Of a stretch of 57,432 nucleotides of DNA, positions 1 to 8,700 are shown one piece after another (the first letter of the stretch is position 1; every line of letters begins with the position of its first letter). The translations under genes were made by a program, and so were the position numbers. The notes beneath the pieces are model-generated. The model did not search any database and was not told where the DNA came from. It worked only from the letters and a program-made list of their open reading frames with translations. The stretch lies in the IMG/VR virus record IMGVR_UViG_3300029787_000052, positions 1 to 57,432 of that record, one strand, 5' to 3'. This stretch comes from a virus. Its lineage: Duplodnaviria > Caudoviricetes.

Positions 1-99
1 AAAGACTGGCCTAACTTTTTAGCCGCATGGCTTATGGCTAACCAACAGGCTAGTCCTTCGACAGCGGCTATGAATGCTGTTCGTTCAAGAGAGCAAGCC
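1..99. repeat. Terminal overlap with 57334-57432 (circular assembly signature)
   Basis: nt 1-98 are identical to 57334-57431; nt 99 is C versus G at 57432 (GCC/GCG, both Ala in the giant ORF). The repeat lies inside a continuous reading frame. Confidence 0.95.
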
Positions 100-3000
100 C
101 TTACGCAAGCGGCGCAAGCTCCTGTTTCACAAGAAGTAGAAGCTGGTTTAGCGGCAGATAGGTTGTTTGATTTCTGGATGGCGATGGAGGCAGGTGGGGA
201 ACTGCCTTCAGGGGGCGCACAGAAACTCTATGATTTTATAGACAGTGGGCTTCTGCGAGAAACGCGGTCATGGATGGGTGACGATGTACGCGGCGGGGCA
301 CCTGCCGTTGCAGACGTTCATTCTCTTAGAGACACTGGGTTTGTTGACGCAACTTACCAGCAGTTTTTGCAGGAAAACTACGGTGTGCGTGTTGAGACTG
401 ACACGTCAGGCTCACCGAGCGAAAATCAATACGAGCGTTCAGGCGACTTTATGAGGGCGCTTAGTGATCACCTCAATGACATAAACTACAAGGGCGGCGG
501 CTGGACGCCATATCAGGTGCAGTCTGTTGGCTGGATGGCGACGACTAAATTCCTTGGTAAGCCGGGACAAACAGCCGAAGAATCAATTCTGTTTAATATC
601 AGGAACTTGCCATTTGAGGTAGCTTTCGGAGAAGGCTCTCCTTACTCCGAGACCTTTGTAGATTATTATCAGCTACCTGCTATCGGACAAAAGGAAGTCA
701 CGGGTATAGCTGCCGAAGCTGCTGCTAATTTTGCCAGAGAAGTGACAGGCGTTGCTGAAATAAATCGCTATGTTTCTACGGGCGGTTGGCTTGACGATAG
801 TCTTAATCCAAACATGGTAGAGCAAGTTGTTGCTTCTCCAGAAGCAATGATGGATATGGCTAGTATTATCGGTTATGCGGTAGAGCAAACAGGAATGTTT
901 CCCTATCGGATTGTGCCTACCAAAACAGGCAAATCTAAGCTTGCTTTAAAAATTCGCCCCAGTGATGTGTCAAAAGATTTGTTGAATAACGACACAAACA
1001 TGGCCATACTGTGGGACAAAATACGCAATGCTGAATTAGCAGGAACTAAGAAAGCTGAAAAACAGTTAGCCAAAGAACGCAAAGCTGGAAAAGAAGATGC
1101 CCGGTTGCCTGATGAGGATAACATTATTACAGGGTACACTGGGACTATTGACGAGAATGGCAATTCTTCAATGCTTATTCTCTTTGATACAAAGAAAGCC
1201 GGTTTGTTGGCTAGGTTGGAGCCTGATGGAGATGTGATAAGCGCCATATCTAAAATTTCTGAGGAAATGGGTTTTGATTTAGATGTTGAGGCAGCTTATT
1301 ACGAAGGCGATTATATAGAAAATAACTGGACGGAGGACAAAGAAGGTGGTGGCTACTTACAAAGGATTCATCAAAGATACGGACCCGCTGTTACAGAGCG
1401 GATCAAGAATTTTAAGCGGGGCCAACTTGAGCCGCTACTCGAAGACTCCATCACAAGCGCAAGACTCAAGTATGGAAACAGAGAAAAGTTTAGTCGCCGG
1501 AGTACCGACAGCGCCGTCGAGAGCCGCATACCCGACAGAGCAGGACTATCTCGAAGCGAGAGACAGTTACAGGCACAGGATAGGTCGGGTGCTACCGCGC
1601 AAGAAGAAGTAAGGGTAGAGGGGCTACCAGCTTCCTACAACATACCCGGAACAGGCCCAGTTCCCACTGAGCCGTTTGCACCAGCAAGACAAGCTGCCCG
1701 TGAATACGGTCAAACCGTTGGGCGCAGTGTGCCTGAGCTTGTTGGTAATTACGTTTACGGACCAGTGGACGGAGAACGGGCAACTCGTATAGCGCAAGCA
1801 TACGAAGACATGCCGAACACTCCAGAGGATTCCTTTACGCAAGCGGCCTATGAAGCTTTGGCAGAAGAGGTCATGACGCAATATGACTTCATCAAAGACA
1901 CTGGTCTTGAGGTAGAGTTCTATCCATCTGACGTTGACCCTTACGCTGCCTCGCCGCGTGAGATGATCGAAGATGTGAAACAGAACAACCATATGTATGT
2001 CTTCCCCACTGACGCAGGGTACGGCATGGACGGGGTAACCGCTGAAGAAGTGGCTGATAACCCTATGCTGCGCCTTACTGACGAGTTTATATCAGGTCGT
2101 CGGGCTAGGGTGAATGACATCTTCCGGGCGGTTCATGATTACTTCGGGCACGTTAAGGAAGGCTTTGGGTTCAGGGCTGCTGGAGAAGATGCTGCATATG
2201 CCAGCCATGCGGTTATGTTTAGTCCGCTCGCTCGCGCAGCATTAGCGAGCGAGACCCGTGGCCAAAACTCTTGGGTCAACTTCGGACCAGCAGCCAAGCA
2301 AAATGAAAACGCTTCTGCTGTTGATACAGTTTATGCAGACCAGAAAGTTGGGATACTGCCAGAGTTTGTTATTAACGAAGGTATTGAAACCCTTGTAGAG
2401 CCTGTCAATCTTCAAGAGCTTCAGGATGAAACTGGCTTTAATACGCAAGAAAACTTTGTTCCTGATGAAAGGTTTTCTCGTAAGTACCCACAAGACCCCC
2501 GTAACGCTGCGCCAAACAGGTTTGTAAAAAGAGCAAGGGCAGACGGAACACGCAGTGATGTTTGGGGTAAGCTTCCATTTAACACTAAATTTTTAAATGT
2601 GCGTATGTCTGCTGGTCAGAATTACGAGACTGGTGGTTACGGTCAGGCTCACGCTGGTCTACACGATGATGATTTCAGGGGCATAGAAGATTTACCGTTT
2701 ACGAGTTCAGATGCTGCTGTTGCTGCTGCTTTAGACGCATACACCGAGGCACGGGTATCTGGTGTTGACAAGTCAAGATTTAAGTTTGTAGAGAACCGCC
2801 GTGCAGGGTCTCTTGAAATGTTGTGGAAACCCGTGGGTTCAAAGACACGGGTTAAAGTTGTTTTCGATACAGTGACCGATGCTAAGTCGGGGCAAGAGTT
2901 CCTTGGTATAACCACGGCCTATCCTGACAGCGAGGTTATGACAAGGGACAACCTCCGTGAGGACGTAGAAAATTACAGGAAAGCAAATCACTTAGGGCCA

Positions 3001-5922
3001 AAGTTTTCTTCCTTGTCTACTACGGCTCAGGAAACTGCGCTTACCTTCAAAACTAAGAAGCCAACTGATCGTCCTGTCTTGAAGCTTAACAAGGCTGCAA
3101 AGGAAAAGTTTTCTAGGGGCGGCACGGTCAAGGACGAAAGCCCTGAAGTTCAGGAAACAATCAACAGAACGCAAGCTGTTAATACAGAGGAGACCGCTGG
3201 TCAGGCTTGGCTTAGTGCAATCTTTGGTGATTACACAGACAGCGTATTGTTTAGCAACAACTGGGACTTGATTAAAAGTAAATTTAGAAAAAATATACTT
3301 AACAAGTATGAAGCTATATCTGTTCTTTCCAGAAAAGCAGCAAAGGTCGCGGGAGAAGTTTTAGCGGATGCCAACGCATTCTCTGCTGTTCTCATGGCTG
3401 AACAACATGCAGGGGTAACAAAGGCTGCTTTCTATGACGGGGTTCCTGTTTACGATAAGGAGCTAGGGTTTACCTATGTAACGAGTGATATCGAAGGGCA
3501 ATCAATTCGCGGCCTTGCTTTTATACTAAGCCCTGTCCTAGAGAACCGCGTTGTTTCTCAGTTTGGCACCTATGCTCAGGCAAGAAGGGCGCAAAGACTT
3601 AATGCAGAGGGTCGCGACTCTGGCATGACTGATCAGGACGTTGTTAACGGTTTGTCGCTTGGTGACAAGTATGATTACTTTGCAGAAGTCTTTGATGAAT
3701 ATCAGGTCTGGAACAGCTACCTAGTTAAGTACATGGTTGACACTGGGTTGATCACAGCCGAGATGGGCCAGACGTGGATTGATACTGCTGATTATACCCC
3801 CTACTACAGACAGTCTTTAGAGGGCGCTGACGGAACTCAAGACCTGACATACTTCTATCCCGGCGATCCTACGCTTGGACCCTCTGGTCAGGGCTTGGCC
3901 CCCCTAGAAGGAGAGAAAAGAACTCGCATTCCCCTAGACGGTAAGCGAGTTGACAAGCGTCTTGTTGGCGCTGGTAGGGTGTTCCAAATAGATGTAGACG
4001 GGCAGGTTCAGCCGGAACAGTACGACAGTTACAACAAAGCCGTCGCGTCTGTTCGTGCCCTAAGACAATCTAATCCAGATGTTTCGGTTGATCTTTATGC
4101 CGCCCCTCGCAGGGTAGATGATTTTCTGGATAACGTCGCAAGGAACACAGCTACAGCAATACAGGGCGGCATGAAAAATATAGCCGCTCAAAGGGTTATC
4201 AGAGACTCCTTGACCTTGGGAGTAGCTTCTGAGGTTGCTCCTGATAAGTCAGGAAACAAACCAAGGCAAACTGTTCAGATACGAGTGGACGGTGTTGATC
4301 GTTACTTTGAAATTGTTGATGAGTTTCTCTACACGAGCATGACAATTCTGGGGCAGAACACCGACAGTGTTATGGATAATGTGTTTGTCGGTTTTGCAGC
4401 AAGCCCAGCAAGGGTGTTGAGGGAACTTGTTACAAGAGACCCCGGATTTATGTTGCGTAATATGATGCGTGATACGTTAAGCGCGTGGGTTACATCGGGG
4501 CAAAATTACATACCAGTTATTGATAGCGCAAAAGGCGTTATGGACGTTATACGAGGCAGCGAGTCTTCCGAGGCTTTAAGGCTGGCTGGGGTTTTCGGGG
4601 GGTTTGATTTTGCCGGAACCCCTAAAGACATGGCTAAATACATTAAGAGTAAAACAAAAACTCAAAAACCATCTGGCGTTTTAGAGACAGCGGCTAGTCC
4701 TTTTAAAAAATTATGGGATGCAACTACCGTTGCAACCAATGCCTCAGAAGCAGCAACAAGAATTGCGGTCTATAAAAGGGTTTTGGAAAAAACTGGCAAT
4801 GAAGCCCAAGCTGTTTTTGAGGCGCTTGAAGTTCTTAACTTTAGCAGACGCGGGTCAAGCGCAACCATTCGCCTTATTACTGCTGTTACTCCCTTTTTGA
4901 ATGCACGATTGCAGGGGCTAGATGTCCTGTATAGGGCTGGTTTTAGCAAAGAAACGGCAAACCCAAACGCTTCTCGAAAGGCGGCTCTTGCGAAGGCTTC
5001 TCTTATTGTAGGCACAACAGCTTTGTATAGCGTGCTTATGAGAGATGCAGATTGTTACAAGAACGCAACTGCTGAAGCCAGAGATTTAAACTGGTTTGTG
5101 CCCACACCTTTTGGGGGGGCTTGTGTAAAAATACCAGTTCCGTTTGAGGTTGGTTTCTTATTTAAGACAATACCTGAGCGGATTATGCAATGGTCGTTTG
5201 ACTCTGACACAGGGCAAGATGTTCTAGATTCTTTGGGGCGAGGCATCACCTCAACACTAGCAGTTAACCCCCCTCAGATTATTACTCCTGCTGTAGAGGT
5301 GGTTACTAATCACTCGTTCTTTTCGGGGAGGGAGATTGTTCCTGCTTATATGAAGAACTTGGACCCTGACTACCAGAAGTTTCAAGGGACCAGCAGTCTT
5401 GCACTTAATCTCGGCAAACAATTAAATATGTCTCCGCTTCAAATTGATCAGCTTATTAAAGGGTACACCGGGACATTGGGAAGTTACGGTTTGTCAGCCG
5501 CAAGTCATATGATAGATGCGTTCCAATCTCCCGATAAGCCGCTCCCGCCCGATAAGAATTGGTACAGCCTTCCTATGGTGAGGAGCTTCTTCCAAGACCC
5601 CAACAGTCGCGGCACTGTCATTCAGTTCTATGAGCTAGACCAGCTTGTTAAAACAGCCGTTAATACTTTTAAGGCGGCTGAACGTGAAGGCGATGTCGAA
5701 AAGATTACAGAGATTGCGACTAAAAGAGGGGCGGTTCTTGCCTTGGAGAATGAGGTAAAGAAAATTCGTCAGCAGCTTAAAGAGGTGCGAGAACAGAAGA
5801 ACCAAATCCTCAGGTCACCGATGGACCCGGAAGCGAAGAGGGAGTTGCTTAACATCATTAGGCAGCAGGAATTAGCTATCACCGCAGCGGTGCCGATACT
5901 CAGACAGATAGCAGTGCAATGA
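1..5922 (+). CDS. C-terminal part of giant polyvalent internal-virion/ejection protein (continues from 54046; about 3069 aa total), with LPD38-like C-terminus
   Basis: In frame with 54046-57333 across the junction. Motifs: K..F/ADVHSLR/WTPYQVQSVGW (HhH-glycosylase-like), NDIFRAVHDYFGH..GE..ETRGQNSW, GGYGQAH..ITTAYP (BECR-like), and KIPVPFEVGFLFKTIPER (LPD38-like). Confidence 0.85.
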   Translation, partial: KDWPNFLAAWLMANQQASPSTAAMNAVRSREQALTQAAQAPVSQEVEAGLAADRLFDFWMAMEAGGELPSGGAQKLYDFIDSGLLRETRSWMGDDVRGGAPAVADVHSLRDTGFVDATYQQFLQENYGVRVETDTSGSPSENQYERSGDFMRALSDHLNDINYKGGGWTPYQVQSVGWMATTKFLGKPGQTAEESILFNIRNLPFEVAFGEGSPYSETFVDYYQLPAIGQKEVTGIAAEAAANFAREVTGVAEINRYVSTGGWLDDSLNPNMVEQVVASPEAMMDMASIIGYAVEQTGMFPYRIVPTKTGKSKLALKIRPSDVSKDLLNNDTNMAILWDKIRNAELAGTKKAEKQLAKERKAGKEDARLPDEDNIITGYTGTIDENGNSSMLILFDTKKAGLLARLEPDGDVISAISKISEEMGFDLDVEAAYYEGDYIENNWTEDKEGGGYLQRIHQRYGPAVTERIKNFKRGQLEPLLEDSITSARLKYGNREKFSRRSTDSAVESRIPDRAGLSRSERQLQAQDRSGATAQEEVRVEGLPASYNIPGTGPVPTEPFAPARQAAREYGQTVGRSVPELVGNYVYGPVDGERATRIAQAYEDMPNTPEDSFTQAAYEALAEEVMTQYDFIKDTGLEVEFYPSDVDPYAASPREMIEDVKQNNHMYVFPTDAGYGMDGVTAEEVADNPMLRLTDEFISGRRARVNDIFRAVHDYFGHVKEGFGFRAAGEDAAYASHAVMFSPLARAALASETRGQNSWVNFGPAAKQNENASAVDTVYADQKVGILPEFVINEGIETLVEPVNLQELQDETGFNTQENFVPDERFSRKYPQDPRNAAPNRFVKRARADGTRSDVWGKLPFNTKFLNVRMSAGQNYETGGYGQAHAGLHDDDFRGIEDLPFTSSDAAVAAALDAYTEARVSGVDKSRFKFVENRRAGSLEMLWKPVGSKTRVKVVFDTVTDAKSGQEFLGITTAYPDSEVMTRDNLREDVENYRKANHLGPKFSSLSTTAQETALTFKTKKPTDRPVLKLNKAAKEKFSRGGTVKDESPEVQETINRTQAVNTEETAGQAWLSAIFGDYTDSVLFSNNWDLIKSKFRKNILNKYEAISVLSRKAAKVAGEVLADANAFSAVLMAEQHAGVTKAAFYDGVPVYDKELGFTYVTSDIEGQSIRGLAFILSPVLENRVVSQFGTYAQARRAQRLNAEGRDSGMTDQDVVNGLSLGDKYDYFAEVFDEYQVWNSYLVKYMVDTGLITAEMGQTWIDTADYTPYYRQSLEGADGTQDLTYFYPGDPTLGPSGQGLAPLEGEKRTRIPLDGKRVDKRLVGAGRVFQIDVDGQVQPEQYDSYNKAVASVRALRQSNPDVSVDLYAAPRRVDDFLDNVARNTATAIQGGMKNIAAQRVIRDSLTLGVASEVAPDKSGNKPRQTVQIRVDGVDRYFEIVDEFLYTSMTILGQNTDSVMDNVFVGFAASPARVLRELVTRDPGFMLRNMMRDTLSAWVTSGQNYIPVIDSAKGVMDVIRGSESSEALRLAGVFGGFDFAGTPKDMAKYIKSKTKTQKPSGVLETAASPFKKLWDATTVATNASEAATRIAVYKRVLEKTGNEAQAVFEALEVLNFSRRGSSATIRLITAVTPFLNARLQGLDVLYRAGFSKETANPNASRKAALAKASLIVGTTALYSVLMRDADCYKNATAEARDLNWFVPTPFGGACVKIPVPFEVGFLFKTIPERIMQWSFDSDTGQDVLDSLGRGITSTLAVNPPQIITPAVEVVTNHSFFSGREIVPAYMKNLDPDYQKFQGTSSLALNLGKQLNMSPLQIDQLIKGYTGTLGSYGLSAASHMIDAFQSPDKPLPPDKNWYSLPMVRSFFQDPNSRGTVIQFYELDQLVKTAVNTFKAAEREGDVEKITEIATKRGAVLALENEVKKIRQQLKEVREQKNQILRSPMDPEAKRELLNIIRQQELAITAAVPILRQIAVQ

Positions 5923-6632
5923 GTGCGTACAGGCTTGCACAGATTGTGAAGAAACCCTTTCGCAAAGCCTGTCTGTGGGGGGACAAGAAGTTCTTCAATC
6001 CCTCCTCAACCCCGCTGTCTAGTGAGTTGGAGGAGAACTACTTCCTTATACTGGACGAGACCAAAAAAATTATGGAGCGGTACGATGACTTCGCGCCATT
6101 CCAAGATATATCCCCTGACCAGACTTACATAAGCAACGACGACAAGTGGCGCATGTTCTTTCTCAAGGGTGCTGGCATAACTTTTAAGAAGAACGCCTCT
6201 AATTTCCCCGCCCTCATGAACATACTCAACAAAGACAAGCGGGTTGTTTCTGCATACCTTTCTGTCTTAGGTCCAGAGAAGGCGCTCAACCCACACGAAG
6301 GGCCGTGGGCTGGGGTGCTGCGTATGCACATGGGTTTGATCATACCCGACTCAGAGAAGTGCCACATCAACGTAGAGGGCGATAAGTATCACTGGCAGAA
6401 TGGCAAGGTCGTTCTGTTTGATGACACCTACAATCACTACGCTGTCAATGAAACTGACGAGTTACGGGTGATACTGTTTATAGATTATATGAGACCTATG
6501 AGGTTCCCGTATAACCTGATTAACTCGACAGTCATGAAAATAAGCTGGGCCTTTCCATACATATGGAGACCGTTGCTAAGGCACAGGCGCTGGTCACGAA
6601 AATTTTATGACGACAAGTTACCAGTAACTTAA
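5919..6632 (+). CDS. Aspartyl/asparaginyl beta-hydroxylase family 2OG-Fe(II) dioxygenase (LpxO/AspH-like)
   Basis: PHEGPWAGVLRMHMGL, W..GK..LFDDTYNH.A.N and RVILFIDY.RP motifs; ATGA overlap with the upstream gene. Confidence 0.88.
   Translation: MSAYRLAQIVKKPFRKACLWGDKKFFNPSSTPLSSELEENYFLILDETKKIMERYDDFAPFQDISPDQTYISNDDKWRMFFLKGAGITFKKNASNFPALMNILNKDKRVVSAYLSVLGPEKALNPHEGPWAGVLRMHMGLIIPDSEKCHINVEGDKYHWQNGKVVLFDDTYNHYAVNETDELRVILFIDYMRPMRFPYNLINSTVMKISWAFPYIWRPLLRHRRWSRKFYDDKLPVT
6615..6630. promoter_or_regulatory. 16-bp palindromic element AAGTTACCAGTAACTT
   Basis: Perfect 7-bp arms; reaches the hydroxylase stop codon, just upstream of the endolysin; one of 8 copies. Confidence 0.7.
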
Positions 6633-6647
6633 ACGAGGCTAGGCATT

Positions 6648-7073
6648 ATGGATATTGACAGGTTAATAACACAGTTGAAGGTTCACGAAGGGGTGCGTAA
6701 GTTTGTTTACCTCGACACAGAAGGCATAGAAACCATCGGCGTTGGACGCAATCTGGTAGACCGTGGGCTGTCAGATGATGAGATTGAGTTGATGCTTGCC
6801 AATGACATCAGGGACTTTCAGGAAGAAGTAGAGAGAGCCTTCCCGTGGTGGTCTGATATGGATGACGTGCGTCAGAGGGTTGTGGTGGACATGGCTTTCA
6901 ACATGGGCCTTGGTTCCTTGTCTAAGTTTGTCAACACACTTGCTCACATTGAGAACGGGCGCTACGAAGAGGCTAGTGTTGAGATGCTTGACTCGAAGTG
7001 GGCAAGGCAAGTGGGTGATCGCGCAAATGTTTTGAGTGACATGATGAAGACGGGAGAGGACAATGGCTACTAA
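6648..7073 (+). CDS. Endolysin, T4-lysozyme-like (GH24)
   Basis: HEGVRKFVYLDTEGIETIGVGRNL has the E-x8-D-x5-T catalytic spacing; also DMAFNMG and DSKWARQVGDRA. Confidence 0.92.
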   Translation: MDIDRLITQLKVHEGVRKFVYLDTEGIETIGVGRNLVDRGLSDDEIELMLANDIRDFQEEVERAFPWWSDMDDVRQRVVVDMAFNMGLGSLSKFVNTLAHIENGRYEEASVEMLDSKWARQVGDRANVLSDMMKTGEDNGY

Positions 7074-7395
7074 GGGAAAGAAGACCCTCCAAAAGGACAG
7101 TGCCTACGAGGAGTACGACGTTGATGGGGATGGTGTGGTTAGCGATGCTGAACTTGCAACAGTCAAAGCCATACACGAAGCCGAAGTTGCAGAAGAAAAG
7201 GCAGACGCTCAAAGAAAGATGGCTTGGATTTCTATTATATCCATGCTCGTTTTCACTGCTTTTCTTTTCCTTCCTATTTTTCCTGATTCTCGGATTAAAG
7301 CTTTGGCTGATCTCTTTGGCCTTTTCTACATCGGAATGGCTGGTGTCGTCGGTGCGTACATGGGAATGACAGCCTATATGAGTGCTAAAAAATAG
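7063..7395 (+). CDS. Putative holin (2 TM) with N-terminal EF-hand-like loop
   Basis: DVDGDGVVSDAE loop, two hydrophobic helices, basic C-terminus; lies between endolysin and spanin-like genes. Confidence 0.6.
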   Translation: MATKGKKTLQKDSAYEEYDVDGDGVVSDAELATVKAIHEAEVAEEKADAQRKMAWISIISMLVFTAFLFLPIFPDSRIKALADLFGLFYIGMAGVVGAYMGMTAYMSAKK

Positions 7396-7407
7396 GAGCT
7401 TAGATCG

Positions 7408-7809
7408 ATGCTAAAGGTTTACGCTCTTATTGTGGTGCTGGGTCTTGTGGGTGGCGTGGGCTACGGTGGGTATTATTATTATAAGGACACTCAGCAAAGA
7501 ATTAAAACGCTGACAGAGAACAATGCTAAACTTGAAGTGGCCAAACAACTGCAAGACGATACAATCCAAACGCTTGTTGAGGATGCGGAAGACTTCCGTG
7601 TCCTGAATAAGAAGCTGGCAACTGATTTACAGAAGGCTGAAGAGTACAGGAATAACTTGATAGATAAATTACGGAAACACGATTTGACTAGGTTGAGCCA
7701 GAAGAAGCCTAACTTGGTGGAGAATAAGATTAACAATGGAACGAAGAAGCTTTTTGAGAGATTGGAAAGCCTTACTGCTTTGCCCCCCGACCCTGCTGCT
7801 GTTAAGTAG
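7408..7809 (+). CDS. Inner-membrane spanin (Rz-like)
   Basis: N-terminal TM followed by a long coiled coil; overlaps a lipoprotein gene in the lysis cassette. Confidence 0.65.
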   Translation: MLKVYALIVVLGLVGGVGYGGYYYYKDTQQRIKTLTENNAKLEVAKQLQDDTIQTLVEDAEDFRVLNKKLATDLQKAEEYRNNLIDKLRKHDLTRLSQKKPNLVENKINNGTKKLFERLESLTALPPDPAAVK

Positions 7810-8152
7810 TTGCGGTAGCTGGAACCCAATTAAGCAGGTAGAGGTAAAGACCGTTCAAGTTGAGCGGGTTATTCCCACACAGCAGCGGCCACGCCCACTG
7901 AAGCTGAGTGATATAACGTGGTATGTCGTAACAGATCAGAACTTTGATCAGTTCAAAAAGAAATACACCAAGAGAAATGGGGAGTTTTTGTTCTACGCAT
8001 TTAGTGTGAGGGACTACGAAACTCTTTCTCTTAATATGGCTGAGTTACAGAGATACATTGGCCAGCAAAAACAGATTATTATTTACTACGAGCAAGCGGT
8101 AGAGCCTAAGCCGAAGCCTGAGAAAGGCATTAATGACAAGCCGAAGAAATGA
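7736..8152 (+). CDS. Outer-membrane lipoprotein spanin (Rz1-like)
   Basis: Lipobox-like LLLLSSC, proline-rich, overlaps the 3' end of the Rz-like gene. Confidence 0.65.
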   Translation: MERRSFLRDWKALLLCPPTLLLLSSCGSWNPIKQVEVKTVQVERVIPTQQRPRPLKLSDITWYVVTDQNFDQFKKKYTKRNGEFLFYAFSVRDYETLSLNMAELQRYIGQQKQIIIYYEQAVEPKPKPEKGINDKPKK

Positions 8153-8700
8153 AACAGAACGCATTTGTTTTCATACTCCTCATTCTCTTTGCTGGGCTTG
8201 CGCCTCTTAGCGAAGCAACTTCTGCTGAGACAAACACAGTCAGTTCTACGGTGGTAACTGACAAGACGCCGCCTACAGCATCTGCTCCCAGCATCGTGGT
8301 AAACAATAATGATGTATGCCGATCAGGTATGAGTGTTGGGGCACAGACAGGGTTCTTGGGATTGTCCACGGGTCACACTGTCATCGATAAGAACTGCGAA
8401 AGAATTAAGCTGGCTCGTAGTCTCTACGGCATGGGTATGAAAGTCGCCGGGGTTAGTCTTCTGTGTCAGGACTCACGGGTGTTTGACGCCATGATGATGT
8501 CCGCAACACCGTGCCCATATCGCGGGAAAATTGGTAAGGATGCAGTAGTAGCTTGGGAAAAGAATTATCTCGAAGCCCCCAACCAGTCCATGTTCTATAT
8601 CGATTTAGTAAAGAAAGCGCAGGAAAAAGAAGAGGCCGAAAGGCTTAGTGAATCAGAAAACGAGTGGCGCGATGAAGACCCCAATCAAAACGCTGAGTAA
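8149..8700 (+). CDS. Exported Cys-containing protein of unknown function
   Basis: Signal-peptide-like N-terminus; PPTASAPS..C..G.S...NCERIKLAR.L...GMKVA.VSLLCQD motif; 4 Cys. Confidence 0.8.
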   Translation: MKQNAFVFILLILFAGLAPLSEATSAETNTVSSTVVTDKTPPTASAPSIVVNNNDVCRSGMSVGAQTGFLGLSTGHTVIDKNCERIKLARSLYGMGMKVAGVSLLCQDSRVFDAMMMSATPCPYRGKIGKDAVVAWEKNYLEAPNQSMFYIDLVKKAQEKEEAERLSESENEWRDEDPNQNAE

